Shown here one piece after another: positions 31,241 through 41,566 of a stretch of 64,000 nucleotides of DNA. Made by a program: the position numbers and the translations under genes. This DNA comes from Flavobacteriales bacterium (GTDB lineage: Bacteria; Bacteroidota; Bacteroidia; Flavobacteriales; Blattabacteriaceae), in contig CP157202.1 in NCBI GenBank assembly GCA_039954875.1, forward strand, positions 552,762 to 616,761. Direction: 5' to 3'. Below the pieces are notes generated by a model. The model was given only the letters and a program-made list of their open reading frames with translations. It was not told where the DNA came from and searched no databases. The first letter of the stretch is position 1. Every line of letters begins with the position of its first letter.

Positions 31241-33685
31241 TCAATTCAATAGCGGATAACACATAGGTTTGGCCTCATGCATGAGGCAATAGACCTTCTC
31301 AACCACATTTTCGACCGAAGGTTTTGAAAAATAATCTCCATCGGATCCATAAGCTGGACGGTGCGCTTTAGCAGTGACCGTTATAGGCTGGCTGTCGAGT
31401 TGATGGTAGCCGTTTTGCTCCTCAAGGATCTTTTGCAATAAATAGGCTGAGGCACCACCTGGTACATCTTCATCGATAACAGCCAAGCGATGAGTCTTGG
31501 CCAAACTCTTGACAATATTATGCTGAAGATCAAATGGTAATAAAGACTGCACATCGATCACTTCGGCCTCTATTTGCAAGTTAGAGAGTACTTCAGCAGC
31601 TTGGGTCACCACCCGCCAAGTAGAACCGTAAGTGACTATGGTAATATCCCGGCCTACTCGAGTGGTCTCTACTTGCCCAATGGGAGTCCTGAATGCTCCG
31701 AGGTTGGAGGGTAATTTTTCTTTCAATCGATAGCCATTTAGGCATTCAACGACCAGCGCAGGTTCATCTGCAGTCAAAAGTGTATTGTAAAAACCGACGG
31801 CTTTGACCATATTACGCGGGACTAGGATCAATATACCACGTAAAAAATGGAGGAGTCCTCCCATAGGCGAACCCGAGTGCCATATCCCTTCAAGCCTATG
31901 CCCGCGCGTGCGGATGATAACTGGGGCTTTCTGCCCACCTCTGGTACGGTAATGCAAGCAAGCCAAATCGTCACTCATCGTGTGCAGTGCGTAAAGCACA
32001 TAATCGAGATATTGGATCTCAACAATGGGACGCAAACCTCGCATAGCCAGGCCTATACCTTGACCAATCATGGTAGCTTCACGTATGCCTGTATCGCTGA
32101 CACGGATCTCTCCATATTTGGCTTGAAGTCCCTCGAGCCCCTGATTGACATCGCCGATCTTACCCACATCTTCACCAAAGATCAATAGATCGGGATGGGT
32201 TTCCAAAAGCTTGTCAAAATTATCCCTTAAAACGATCCGGCCGTCGACCTCTTGAGCCTCATCTGCATAAGTGGGCAAGACCTCTGTAACTCGGATAGAT
32301 GCTTGAGACGAAAGACTATGCAAGTGCGAAGAATAGTTGCTTCGTTCTTTAGAATATCTGCTTTCAAACCATTCTAAGAGTCGATCTTTCTGTGGAGCTT
32401 GTATACCAGCGAGTAGGTAAAGTGATTGTCTAACAGTAGAAAAAACACACTTCTTAGTCAATTCAAAACTAGTGCTTAATTTTTCAACCTGCACTTTAAG
32501 TAATTTTTTTTCAGGGAACGCGACAAGTATTTCTTGTAATAGAGCTAATGCTTCTTGCCTCATCGTTTGGATGGGGCTTCGGAAAGCCTCCCAGGCTACC
32601 TTTTGTTCTTCACGTACATATTTTTTTGCTTCGAGATCGATTTGATCTAGCTGAGCAATATCAGCGATTCGAAGGATTTTATGATCGTATGTCAATTCAA
32701 AATCTAAGATCCATTCGCGGAACTTCTTTAAACCGTCGTAGGTACGTTCCCATTCGAGACGTTCCTTGGACTTGTATCGTTCGTGCGAACCCGATGTAGA
32801 ATGTCCTTGAGGCTGAGTAAGTTCACTTACGTGCACCAATACGGGTATATGTTCACGACGGGCTATTTTTTCGGCCTGGGCATAGGCTTTGACCAAAGCT
32901 GTATAATTCCACCCTTCTACCGTGATGATCTCTAAACCATTTTCGGAACTTGTCCGCTGAAATCCAGCCACAAGTGTGCTGAGATTTTCTTTAGCAAACT
33001 GATAGCTATTGGGGACAGAAATCCCATAACTATCATCCCAGACTGAAAGTACTATCGGCACTTGCAATACTCCAGCAGCATTGATCGTCTCCCAAAATAG
33101 CCCTTGGGCTGTACTGGCATTACCGATAGTTCCAAAGGCCACTTCATCACCTCGACGAGAGAAAGCACTATGGGTCTTTTCCAGAGTTTTAAGTTGCTTA
33201 TAAACCTTGGAAGCTTGAGCCAAACCAAGTAATCTAGGCAATTGGCCAGCAGTACACGAGATATCAGCACTTGAATTATTTTGTTCGATAAGCACCTTCC
33301 AACGACCCTCCTCATCAAGAAATCGTGTAGCGAAATGAGCGGGCATCATTCTACCAGCAGCGGCCGGTTCGGCTTGCACCTCCGTATGAGCATATAATTG
33401 AGCAAAAAAGCTACGCACAGTCAAGGCATCAATGGCCATCATGAAAGTCTGATCACGATAGTAACCCGAACGAAAATCGCCTCTCTTGAAAACCTTTGCC
33501 ATGGCCAACTGAGGGAGCTCTTTCCCATCACCAAAAGCACCAAATTTCGCATTACCGCTCAATACCTCTTTACGCCCAAGAATGCTAACTTCACGACTGA
33601 TACGCGCCAATCTATAATCACTTAAAATAACCTGTCGGAACTCTTCAAAAAATAATTGCGTAGTAACTTTCAACTCTATATCCAT
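31241..33685 (-). CDS. 2-oxoacid dehydrogenase E1 component, fused alpha/beta subunits (TPP-dependent)
   Basis: 814 aa. The N-terminal half resembles E1-alpha (TPP-binding region), and the C-terminal half is the transketolase-like pyrimidine-binding and C-terminal domain (GEDVGKIGDVNQG..., IRTRGHRLEG). Confidence 0.85.
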   Translation of the reverse strand: MDIELKVTTQLFFEEFRQVILSDYRLARISREVSILGRKEVLSGNAKFGAFGDGKELPQLAMAKVFKRGDFRSGYYRDQTFMMAIDALTVRSFFAQLYAHTEVQAEPAAAGRMMPAHFATRFLDEEGRWKVLIEQNNSSADISCTAGQLPRLLGLAQASKVYKQLKTLEKTHSAFSRRGDEVAFGTIGNASTAQGLFWETINAAGVLQVPIVLSVWDDSYGISVPNSYQFAKENLSTLVAGFQRTSSENGLEIITVEGWNYTALVKAYAQAEKIARREHIPVLVHVSELTQPQGHSTSGSHERYKSKERLEWERTYDGLKKFREWILDFELTYDHKILRIADIAQLDQIDLEAKKYVREEQKVAWEAFRSPIQTMRQEALALLQEILVAFPEKKLLKVQVEKLSTSFELTKKCVFSTVRQSLYLLAGIQAPQKDRLLEWFESRYSKERSNYSSHLHSLSSQASIRVTEVLPTYADEAQEVDGRIVLRDNFDKLLETHPDLLIFGEDVGKIGDVNQGLEGLQAKYGEIRVSDTGIREATMIGQGIGLAMRGLRPIVEIQYLDYVLYALHTMSDDLACLHYRTRGGQKAPVIIRTRGHRLEGIWHSGSPMGGLLHFLRGILILVPRNMVKAVGFYNTLLTADEPALVVECLNGYRLKEKLPSNLGAFRTPIGQVETTRVGRDITIVTYGSTWRVVTQAAEVLSNLQIEAEVIDVQSLLPFDLQHNIVKSLAKTHRLAVIDEDVPGGASAYLLQKILEEQNGYHQLDSQPITVTAKAHRPAYGSDGDYFSKPSVENVVEKVYCLMHEAKPMCYPLLN

Positions 33686-33885
33686 CCGATGATTTGATTA
33701 AACAATAATTCGGACTAAAACGCAAATTTAACTATAATTGAAAGATCTAGTATCCTGTCAACAAACTTGAGGTTACATTACAAAGTAAATGAGCCACTAT
33801 ACTTGTTAATTTAATAAAATGAAAAGCTTCACTTATTTTGATCACAAAATTAGGATTAATTTTATGCCCTACAAATTCTTATATT

Positions 33886-34311
33886 ATGCCTATAAATTTC
33901 ACACTAACTATAATTAAACCTGATGCTGTCAAGAAAGGTTACATAGGTTCTATATTGAACAAGATCAACTCGGCATGCTTTGGCATCAGAGCGCTCAAGA
34001 TGATAGCGTTTACTAAAAAAAAGGCCAAACTATTTTACGAAGTACATCAAGAACGCTATTTTTTTGAAACCATGGTCACCTTTATGTCCTCAGGTCCTAT
34101 AGTAGTAGCCGTATTAGAAAAGGAAAATGCTGTAGAAGACTTTCGCACACTCATTGGCGCCACCAATCCGGAAGAGGCTGCCGAAGGCACTATACGTCGA
34201 CTATATGCTGAGTCTATAGAAAAAAATGCCATCCATGGCGCAGACAGTGACGAAAATGCATTGAAAGAAATTGAATTCCACTTTGCCCAAAAAGAAATCT
34301 TCTCTTTTTGA
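33886..34311 (+). CDS. ndk: Nucleoside diphosphate kinase
   Basis: Contains [26 protein letters not shown], and active-site NAIHGADS. The start is MPINF at 33886. Confidence 0.93.
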   Translation: MPINFTLTIIKPDAVKKGYIGSILNKINSACFGIRALKMIAFTKKKAKLFYEVHQERYFFETMVTFMSSGPIVVAVLEKENAVEDFRTLIGATNPEEAAEGTIRRLYAESIEKNAIHGADSDENALKEIEFHFAQKEIFSF

Positions 34312-34502
34312 TAGGAAACGGTACGCTCTGTCTGTGGGGTACCTCATAGATAGAACGCACCGGTGTGATCCAATTGCGTTGAAAACACTCAATTCCTGAT
34401 CAGATATTAAAGAAGTGGGATTTGACAAAGTTGTGTGGTTGGGCTTAATTTCACGCCTAATTACTTCAACCATGATTCTTTTTTTTGTTTAAAATATCTA
34501 TC

Positions 34503-36059
34503 ATGGATATAATTGCACTCAAACCCCAAAGCCTTTGGCGGGCTTTCAAAGAATTGAATACCATCCCACGTACCTCTAAAAAAGAGCAACAAGCTACTAC
34601 ATTCATAAAAAATCTCGGCGAAAGCTTAGGATTGAAAACTATAGTAGATAGGAAAGGTAATGTCATCATCAAAAAGCCATCCACGACAGGTATGGAAAAT
34701 CGCCCTACTGTGATCCTGCAGAGTCATCTGGACATGGTTCACCAAAAAAATACCGATATAGTCTTTGACTTCACTACACAAGGTATTTCAATGTATGTTG
34801 ACGGAGACTGGGTAAAGGCTCAAGGTACTACTCTAGGTGCTGACAATGGTATTGGAGTAGCAGCCATCATTGCCATCCTATTGGCTAAAGACCTTCTCCA
34901 CCCTCCTATAGAAGCCCTGTTTACCACAGACGAAGAAGATGGTATGGGAGGAGCTAAGCACCTCGATGTACGACCACTCTTAGGAAGAATCTTGCTCAAT
35001 CTCGACACCGAATACGACGACGAACTGACGCTGGGATGCGCAGGAGGTGTGTACACTATGATCAAAGGAAAATACCAAGAAAAAAAGATCAATAATGGTA
35101 CTACTTACAGATTAGCTGTCAAAGGCTTGCAAGGTGGGCATTCGGGGATGGATATTCACTTAGGTCGTGGCAATGCCAATAAGCTCATGAATCGCTTACT
35201 GTATGACCTCTTTGAAGCCTGCCCAATAAGAATCGTAGAAATCTCCGGTGGTGACCTTTTAAATACCATCCCTAGGGAATCTTTTGCCGTAATCTATATT
35301 TCAAAGAAAAACGAAAAGACCTTTTTAAAAAAATTCACTAATGTCGCCGAAGAAATTCAAAACGAGTGGAAAGGAAAAGAACCTGTCTTACAAGTGTCTC
35401 ATGAGTTACTTGAAAAAAATCTCAATAAAGCCATGTGCAAGGCCGATCAAAAAAAACTTCTACAAGCTATCTACGCTTGCCACAACGGAGTATTATCGAT
35501 GAGTAACAGCATAGAAGGTTTAGTAGAAACCTCCTCCAATCTAGCCAAAGTAGTCGTAAAAAAAGGACAAATACAAATTAGAACCTTTCAGCGCTCGGCT
35601 ATAGCGTCTGCTAAGTGGGATATGGCCAAGACCGTCCGTACAGCTTTCGAGTCGATCGGCTTGAAAACATCTTACGAAGCCTCCTATCCAGGTTGGCAAC
35701 CCAATATGAAAAGCCCACTTCTACAACTGATGATCGATCAATATAAAAACTTATTTAAATTCAAAGAAGAACCCAAAATCTCAGCTACTCATGGTGGTCT
35801 AGAATGTGGCTTCTTGAAAGAACATATGCCTGAAGTAGATATGATCTCCTTCGGCCCCACCATCAAAGGCGCTCACTCTCCAGATGAGAGAGTCAGCATC
35901 ACCTCGGTACAAAAATTCTGGAAATATCTGACTGAAGTACTGAGAAATATACCCGAAAATATTAATCCCAACGATAATGAAAATCTTAGAGTTCTTAACT
36001 CTATTGATCCCCCTACCACTGGTAACTCCATCACAAAGCGGAGAAAATCAAATCCATAG
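34503..36059 (+). CDS. pepD: Aminoacyl-histidine dipeptidase (M20 family, PepD-like)
   Basis: Contains HLDMVHQKN, GTTLGADNGIGVA, LFTTDEEDGMGGA, and LNLDTE. It carries a ~30-aa low-complexity C-terminal extension beyond the usual ...LRNIP end. Confidence 0.88.
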   Translation: MDIIALKPQSLWRAFKELNTIPRTSKKEQQATTFIKNLGESLGLKTIVDRKGNVIIKKPSTTGMENRPTVILQSHLDMVHQKNTDIVFDFTTQGISMYVDGDWVKAQGTTLGADNGIGVAAIIAILLAKDLLHPPIEALFTTDEEDGMGGAKHLDVRPLLGRILLNLDTEYDDELTLGCAGGVYTMIKGKYQEKKINNGTTYRLAVKGLQGGHSGMDIHLGRGNANKLMNRLLYDLFEACPIRIVEISGGDLLNTIPRESFAVIYISKKNEKTFLKKFTNVAEEIQNEWKGKEPVLQVSHELLEKNLNKAMCKADQKKLLQAIYACHNGVLSMSNSIEGLVETSSNLAKVVVKKGQIQIRTFQRSAIASAKWDMAKTVRTAFESIGLKTSYEASYPGWQPNMKSPLLQLMIDQYKNLFKFKEEPKISATHGGLECGFLKEHMPEVDMISFGPTIKGAHSPDERVSITSVQKFWKYLTEVLRNIPENINPNDNENLRVLNSIDPPTTGNSITKRRKSNP

Positions 36060-36387
36060 CTACTAGAAGAGTATGTAAAAATATCATAAAAAAATAAGAC
36101 ATTAACGCCTAAAATATTTATGAAGCCTACAATCTCGAGACGAAAGAAAAAAGGCAACAAATGACAGAATTATGGCGCAAAGAACGGATGGCCTGCTATT
36201 CCAATCGTAACTACTTTATTTTACCCCCCCCCAGGCCTCTTACTGGGATTATATTAGCCATCACAACGGCTATGGAGGCCGTTTGGGATGGGGTCATCAT
36301 TGACCTTGTATCGATATTCAATCTTATCCATTTTTTACCATATAATCCATCCATAAGGCTCCAAAATAAATCAATTTTCTAAATCTA

Positions 36388-36970
36388 ATGCTCAAAAAAA
36401 TTCCTTTATTATATGGACTTCACTGAGCACGATGTTGCTCAATACCTAATGTTTAAACAGAAAAGTAAACCATATAAATGAAGACCAGATCATCGACATC
36501 AGCTACCGCTAGAACGATACCGCCTCGCGTCTGACTGCCTAAGAGATCATAGATGAAGTACTCAAAGGTAATTGGCTGGACAGACACCAGATGAAACAAT
36601 ACAAAAAACCGATGCTCATCGTCAGTCTGATACGTAATAAATCTCACGAACACACTTAGACCGAAACCTTAGTTAAATACATTGAAAAATCCTTCATAAG
36701 TATAGAAAAAGTCCGTATGGTCGAAGGTGGAAAAAAACGCAATGAGCTTCGATCAGAATATGCCGATTAACAAGAAAACATCAGTAAGTCGACTATAAAA
36801 AAACGAAAACTGCAAATCGAATCCTATTATATGCTATAAGCTACGATGAACCCCATCGTAGACGGCTACGAACTAAAAAAAATCACCTTCCATCAAATTT
36901 ATTTATAGCTGACCAATCTGCAAACCAACGAAGTGGTCTGGATCGGTGTAAAAAAATAAGAAATTCATAA
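36388..36970 (+). pseudogene. LpoB-like (penicillin-binding protein activator family) lipoprotein, decayed
   Basis: One frame reads IIDISYR*NDTASRLTA*EIIDEVLKGNWLD...KKPMLIVSLIRNKSHEHT*TETLVKYIEKSFISIEKVRMVEGGKKRNELRSEYAD*QENISKSTIKK...YML*ATMNPIVDGYELKKITFHQIYL*LTNLQTNEVVWIGVKKIRNS*. It is collinear with the LpoB family but contains at least six in-frame stops. Confidence 0.6.
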
Positions 36971-37065
36971 AAAAATAAACCCTCTTGTGTAAAATCTTCC
37001 AAGTATTAACAGAGATGTAGCCGTCATAGATATGATCCAAAAAAATACGATCTATCAGAATATTT

Positions 37066-38353
37066 ATGGCTATTCTCCTCCTGATAATCCTTACGGTCGG
37101 TTGTAGCACCTATTACCAAAAAGCGATTTTGTTTTAAAGAGCTCTCCAAAACGATAATCCTGCATAAGCCTTGATTTCTATCGAAAGTATTAAAATTATT
37201 AAGAAAAAAATATAATCATTTTCTCTACTTGTTTGAAAAATATAAGTTGCAGTACTTGAATAAAATTATATTGAGAGCAACCGATTCTCTAATCACGCTT
37301 TATGCTGCTATATAATACCTTCGTATCAACTACGGGGCAAAACCATTGAGCTATATAACCAATCTGTAAGTACAAGCCTAATAAACCGAAAGACTTTGAT
37401 GAGGTCAGTATTAACTATTACAAAGCTTTGAACTACTTAGCCTTGAGACAATACGATGAGGCCCTTTTAGATGCTAAATGCATCAACCGCCAATTGCAAA
37501 AAAATCAAGAACCAGTATCCAGAAGGCGATAAAAAATCGTTACACTTCTCCTACCTTCTCATTTATCTTACAAGGCTCAATCTACGAAACTACCAGAAAT
37601 GTCAATGACGTCTTCATATCTCACATAAATTCCACCGAACTATGCCCTTAAAACTAAGGGAAATACTACAGCATCAGCATGTCCAATCAACTGAAAAAAG
37701 ATCTCATCCGCACAGCAAAGCTCATGGGTTTTTCCTAGATAAATAAAAACGTTATGAAAGACAATTTGGCATCCTAGTAAAAGAGATTCCCAATGAGCCA
37801 CATGAACTCGTCCTCTTTTGGAAAAAAGATTAGGCTCGGTAAAAAGCCATACTTACTACACCTTCACCTTATTGCCTGGAATAGAGATAGGTTTGATGAC
37901 TGTATTCAATAAGGAGCTCAAGCTAACCATCTCTTTACCTTTGGGATATAAAAATGACAAAGTTCGATTTTATGAGCTTGAAATATTCAATGTAGCCTTC
38001 CTCAAATATGAAGTACGAATGCCGCTCTACATCCAAGCAAAAGCATCGGTCTATGCTGCTAAGTATTATTTAAAAAAGCGCTATATTTCAATGCTATAGT
38101 CTATGAAAACCCAAAAGATTGTACCCTACGCGCATTCGGTGATGCATCCTTGCGACTTACTTATCAATACCTTCTGAATATCTATTCAGAAACCAAAAGA
38201 AAGAATTGGAGGGGTAATACTTGGCTTGATTAATACCGCCAAGAAACACTTCGATAAGAGAAACTGGCAAGGCCCGCCGGTAGAGATTTCTTACGCACGT
38301 ATCCCTTTGAAAACAAGTGAGAACACCATTAAAATAAAATTCTCAAACCCCTA
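37066..38353 (+). pseudogene. Conserved TPR-like lipoprotein (tentatively COG3014-like), decayed
   Basis: Lipoprotein start MAILLLIILTVGCSTYYQK at 37066. Later segments lie in shifting frames: DFDEVSINYYKALNYLALRQYDEALLDAKCINRQLQK, NDVFISH, HELVLFWKK, and ISLPLGYKNDKVRFYELEIFNVAFLKYE. The family assignment is from memory and is tentative. Confidence 0.45.
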
Positions 38354-38496
38354 AGGCAATACTTTGGAAAAAGAGATCTTTATCTATGGCGATAAAGGTC
38401 TACAGACCTATCCGTGTAGCACGCTACAAATCAGAGTATCCAATAGGATTTGAGCGTTTCTAAAATGCTTAACTTTGCGAGAAATTTTTTATACGT

Positions 38497-39099
38497 ATGA
38501 AAAGAAGTCTTCTCATCACCGCAACCGTCATCCTATTTTTAATCATCATTATAGGGATCTGGGGCACAGGTTCCTATAATCAATTGGTCATGCTCAACGA
38601 AAAGATCAAAACCCAATGGGGACAAGTAGAAAATGTTTACCAACGCCGAGTAGATCTCATCCCCAACCTAGTCAATACGGTACAAGGTGCGGCAAAATTT
38701 GAGAGAGGGACGCTCACTGAAGTCATCGAGGCTCGGGCCAAAGCCACCTCAGTTACTATAGACTCAAATAATCTAAATCAAGATCAGATTAGTAAATTTC
38801 AAAGCACCCAAGACGGTCTGAATGGCTCACTCAGTCGACTTCTCGTCACGGTAGAAAGGTATCCAGAGCTCAAGGCTACTCAAAATTTTTCCGAACTACA
38901 GAGCCAACTTGAAGGGACTGAAAACCGTATCAATGTCGAACGCAATCGCTTCAACTATCAAGTCCAAATCTTCAATACCTATCGAAACCAATTCCCAAGA
39001 GTAGTCATAGCTGGTTTCTTCTCCCAATTTGGCGAGAAAGGGTACTTCAAGTCACAAGGCGGCGCCGAAAAAGCCCCTACGGTAGATTTTGGGAATTAA
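38497..39099 (+). CDS. lemA: LemA family protein
   Basis: 200 aa. N-terminal TM followed by YNQLVMLNEKIKTQWGQVENVYQRRVDLIPNLV...YPELKATQNF..LQSQLEGTENRI. Confidence 0.9.
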   Translation: MKRSLLITATVILFLIIIIGIWGTGSYNQLVMLNEKIKTQWGQVENVYQRRVDLIPNLVNTVQGAAKFERGTLTEVIEARAKATSVTIDSNNLNQDQISKFQSTQDGLNGSLSRLLVTVERYPELKATQNFSELQSQLEGTENRINVERNRFNYQVQIFNTYRNQFPRVVIAGFFSQFGEKGYFKSQGGAEKAPTVDFGN

Positions 39100-39113
39100 A
39101 AAAAACATGCGAA

Positions 39114-39557
39114 ATGAGATTAAAAAATCCCTTTCTTAACGCCGAGGAAGAACAAAGGGTTGTTCAAGCTATACAACAAGCTGAAAGAGATACCTCTGGT
39201 GAAATTCGTGTACACATCCAAAACCGACCCAAGGAATGTATCTCAGCATTTGAAACAACTCAAAAGGTCTTTTTCCAATTAGGGATGGACCAGACCCAGC
39301 AACGGAATGGTGTCCTTTTTTATGTAGGTGTGACACGACATAGCTTTACCATCTTAGGGGATGAAGGGATCAATAAGACTGTTACAACTGGATTTTGGAA
39401 CGAAATAAAGGATAGAGTGATACAAAATTTCAAAGTACAAAAGTATTGCCAAGGTCTCATTGAAGGTATAACTATCGCTGGTCAAGCGCTCAAGACATAT
39501 TTCCCTTATCAAAAAGATGATATTAATGAACTTCCGGATGATATTTCAAAAGGTTAA
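39114..39557 (+). CDS. TPM domain-containing protein (TLP18.3/Psb32/MOLO-1 type)
   Basis: 147 aa. Contains EEEQRVVQAIQQAERDTSGEIRVHI...NGVLFYVGV..HSFTILGDEGIN. Confidence 0.8.
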   Translation: MRLKNPFLNAEEEQRVVQAIQQAERDTSGEIRVHIQNRPKECISAFETTQKVFFQLGMDQTQQRNGVLFYVGVTRHSFTILGDEGINKTVTTGFWNEIKDRVIQNFKVQKYCQGLIEGITIAGQALKTYFPYQKDDINELPDDISKG

Positions 39558-40314
39558 AGGCTTACTGATCTTCCTCCTGTACTTTCTCGCATCGATAGGA
39601 ATTCTACAGGCGCAATTCACCATACCTCCACCACCGAAAAAGATCTATCCGGTAAATGATTTCGCTCAAGTATTGCCTCAAGAGCATGTCTACAGTCTGA
39701 ATAAAAAATTGATCCGTTACAATGAGTCGACCTCTACGGAAATCCTCGTAGCTATAGTAAAAACTCTCAATGGCGAAGATCCAAATCTCATCAGTGCCAA
39801 TTGGGGAGAAAAGTGGAAAATTGGACAAAAAAGACAAGACAATGGTCTGATTCTCTTATTGAGCATAGATGATAGAAAGATCAGCATACAGACAGGCTAT
39901 GGCATAGAACCTTATCTGACCGATGCACTTTCGCGGCGTATCATTGATAATCAAATTAAGCCTGCGCTTCGACAAGGGGATTATTATACAGCTATCGATC
40001 AGGGTACGACAGCGATCTTTCAAGTCCTCAAGGATGCTTATACCAACAAAAAAAAGACTTCAAAAAAAGACAATGGCTTGGAAAACCTATTCCTCTACTT
40101 ACTATTAATCTTCTTTATACTCTATTTATTCCGATCAGGTGGCAATAGTGGTGAGGACCGCAGGGGATCTGTGTATTATGACGAGGAGGATCCTTTTACC
40201 CTTTCAAGTATGGGCAGATGGAATGGTCATTACGGTGGTAACTTTGGTAGCGGATGGGGCGGTTTCGGTGGCGGTGGCAGCTTTGGCGGTGGTGGAGCCA
40301 GCGGCAATTGGTAA
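39538..40314 (+). CDS. TPM domain-containing membrane protein (YgcG-like) with Gly-rich tail
   Basis: Signal peptide, TPM core (STEILVAIV...NGLILLLSIDDRKISIQTGYGIE), a TM segment, and C-terminal GWGGFGGGGSFGGGGASGNW. Confidence 0.8.
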   Translation: MIFQKVKGLLIFLLYFLASIGILQAQFTIPPPPKKIYPVNDFAQVLPQEHVYSLNKKLIRYNESTSTEILVAIVKTLNGEDPNLISANWGEKWKIGQKRQDNGLILLLSIDDRKISIQTGYGIEPYLTDALSRRIIDNQIKPALRQGDYYTAIDQGTTAIFQVLKDAYTNKKKTSKKDNGLENLFLYLLLIFFILYLFRSGGNSGEDRRGSVYYDEEDPFTLSSMGRWNGHYGGNFGSGWGGFGGGGSFGGGGASGNW

Positions 40315-40559
40315 GTCAGCCCCAAAGGCGATACACTCATGATAATTAGTTTTATGATTTCATATTTTAGACAAACTTCTTGAATTATTACAAGTTTAGG
40401 TTTCTCGTTTTTTGATAAGGTATGAGTCCTATTTTGTTATATTTTGGAGGTCAACAGTTGTAGCCCCTCTCCATCATCATCCCCAAAGGGATTTAAGCCT
40501 TTCGGCTCCATCTCTTTTACTGAACGATCTAGGGGACTTGAAACTTCCTTCTGAATAAT

Positions 40560-40990
40560 CATACGTTATGGTATTTTTATTTTTATCGATCATATATTTT
40601 ATCGTTTACAGTCAGTTATTATATATCATTCAAATAATATATAACTTTATTAAATTATATTTCATCATTAATATGAAAATATTAATACTTTTTCATGGTA
40701 AATTAATGTAATAGTTTGTAATATTTATTAACTATTAAACATGAATAATTACACCAAATACTAATAATAAAAAATCAATTAATCAATTAATTAATACTAA
40801 ATATTATCTATATATAATAGCCTATTATAAGATATAAACTCATACCAAGTAAATGGTGTACATTTTCATCCAGAATATATATTATTAAATATTAAAAACA
40901 CCTTGTAAACTTATATTAAACAGTATATTATTATAAATTTATCATAAAAAAATAGCAATAAGGGTTTATTTTTATGTATTTTTATAGAAA
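40560..40990. other. Extremely AT-rich ORF-free island
   Basis: About 430 nt composed almost entirely of A/T, dense in ATTAAT/TTAATTAA palindromes, with stops in all six frames. Confidence 0.6.
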
Positions 40991-41566
40991 TGGAAACCCG
41001 AGTTTTATTTACTTAACTTTTCCTAATGAATGTCTTGATTGATTAAACTATAAACTACAGATTATTTATCCCAGGCTTATTTCTTTGACTGAATAAAGAT
41101 GTTCTTTTTTAAATATTTGAGATGCTCTCAATACTTTTTATAACTTTGAATAAAGGCATATATGGTCATACACGACTAATCATTAAAATGAATGTTTTTC
41201 CATCTCTGTGGCTTATAATTAGTAAATGATATATTTTTACAGTCTCATGAGTTCTTTGGTATCAGGATCCTGGAATATCTTTCAAAAAAACGGATGATAA
41301 AACCATAGTAGCTATGAGATTGGGTATCATTCTAGGCTTAGTATGTATTACCATAAGTTTTGGGTTTCTATTCCTCAGCGATTTCAAATTTGACAACGTT
41401 TTAAACTACTTCAAAGGCTCTATCTTGGAATTAGGTATTTGACCTTCGCATAGGGAATCTTTACAGCTACTTCAAGGGGACAGAAGCATGCAAACGTACT
41501 GCGATTAAAAAATTTGAAAAGACACAGGAAAAATTAATTGTATCATATCCCATCCAACCCCACCTC

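Noticed and set aside
40457-40544. CRISPR-repeat-like strings (gttgtagcccctctcc... and ...ggggacttgaaac).
   Set aside because: They occur as single copies only. There is no repeat-spacer periodicity and no cas genes in the window.
41314-41442. A 42-aa hydrophobic ORF (MRLGIILGLVCITISFGFLFLSDFKFDNVLNYFKGSILELGI) in the 1.25-kb non-coding region upstream of the valS 3' end.
   Set aside because: It has no recognisable ribosome-binding or promoter context and no homology I can recognise. The surrounding frames look like a decayed membrane-protein gene, so it is likely a fragment.
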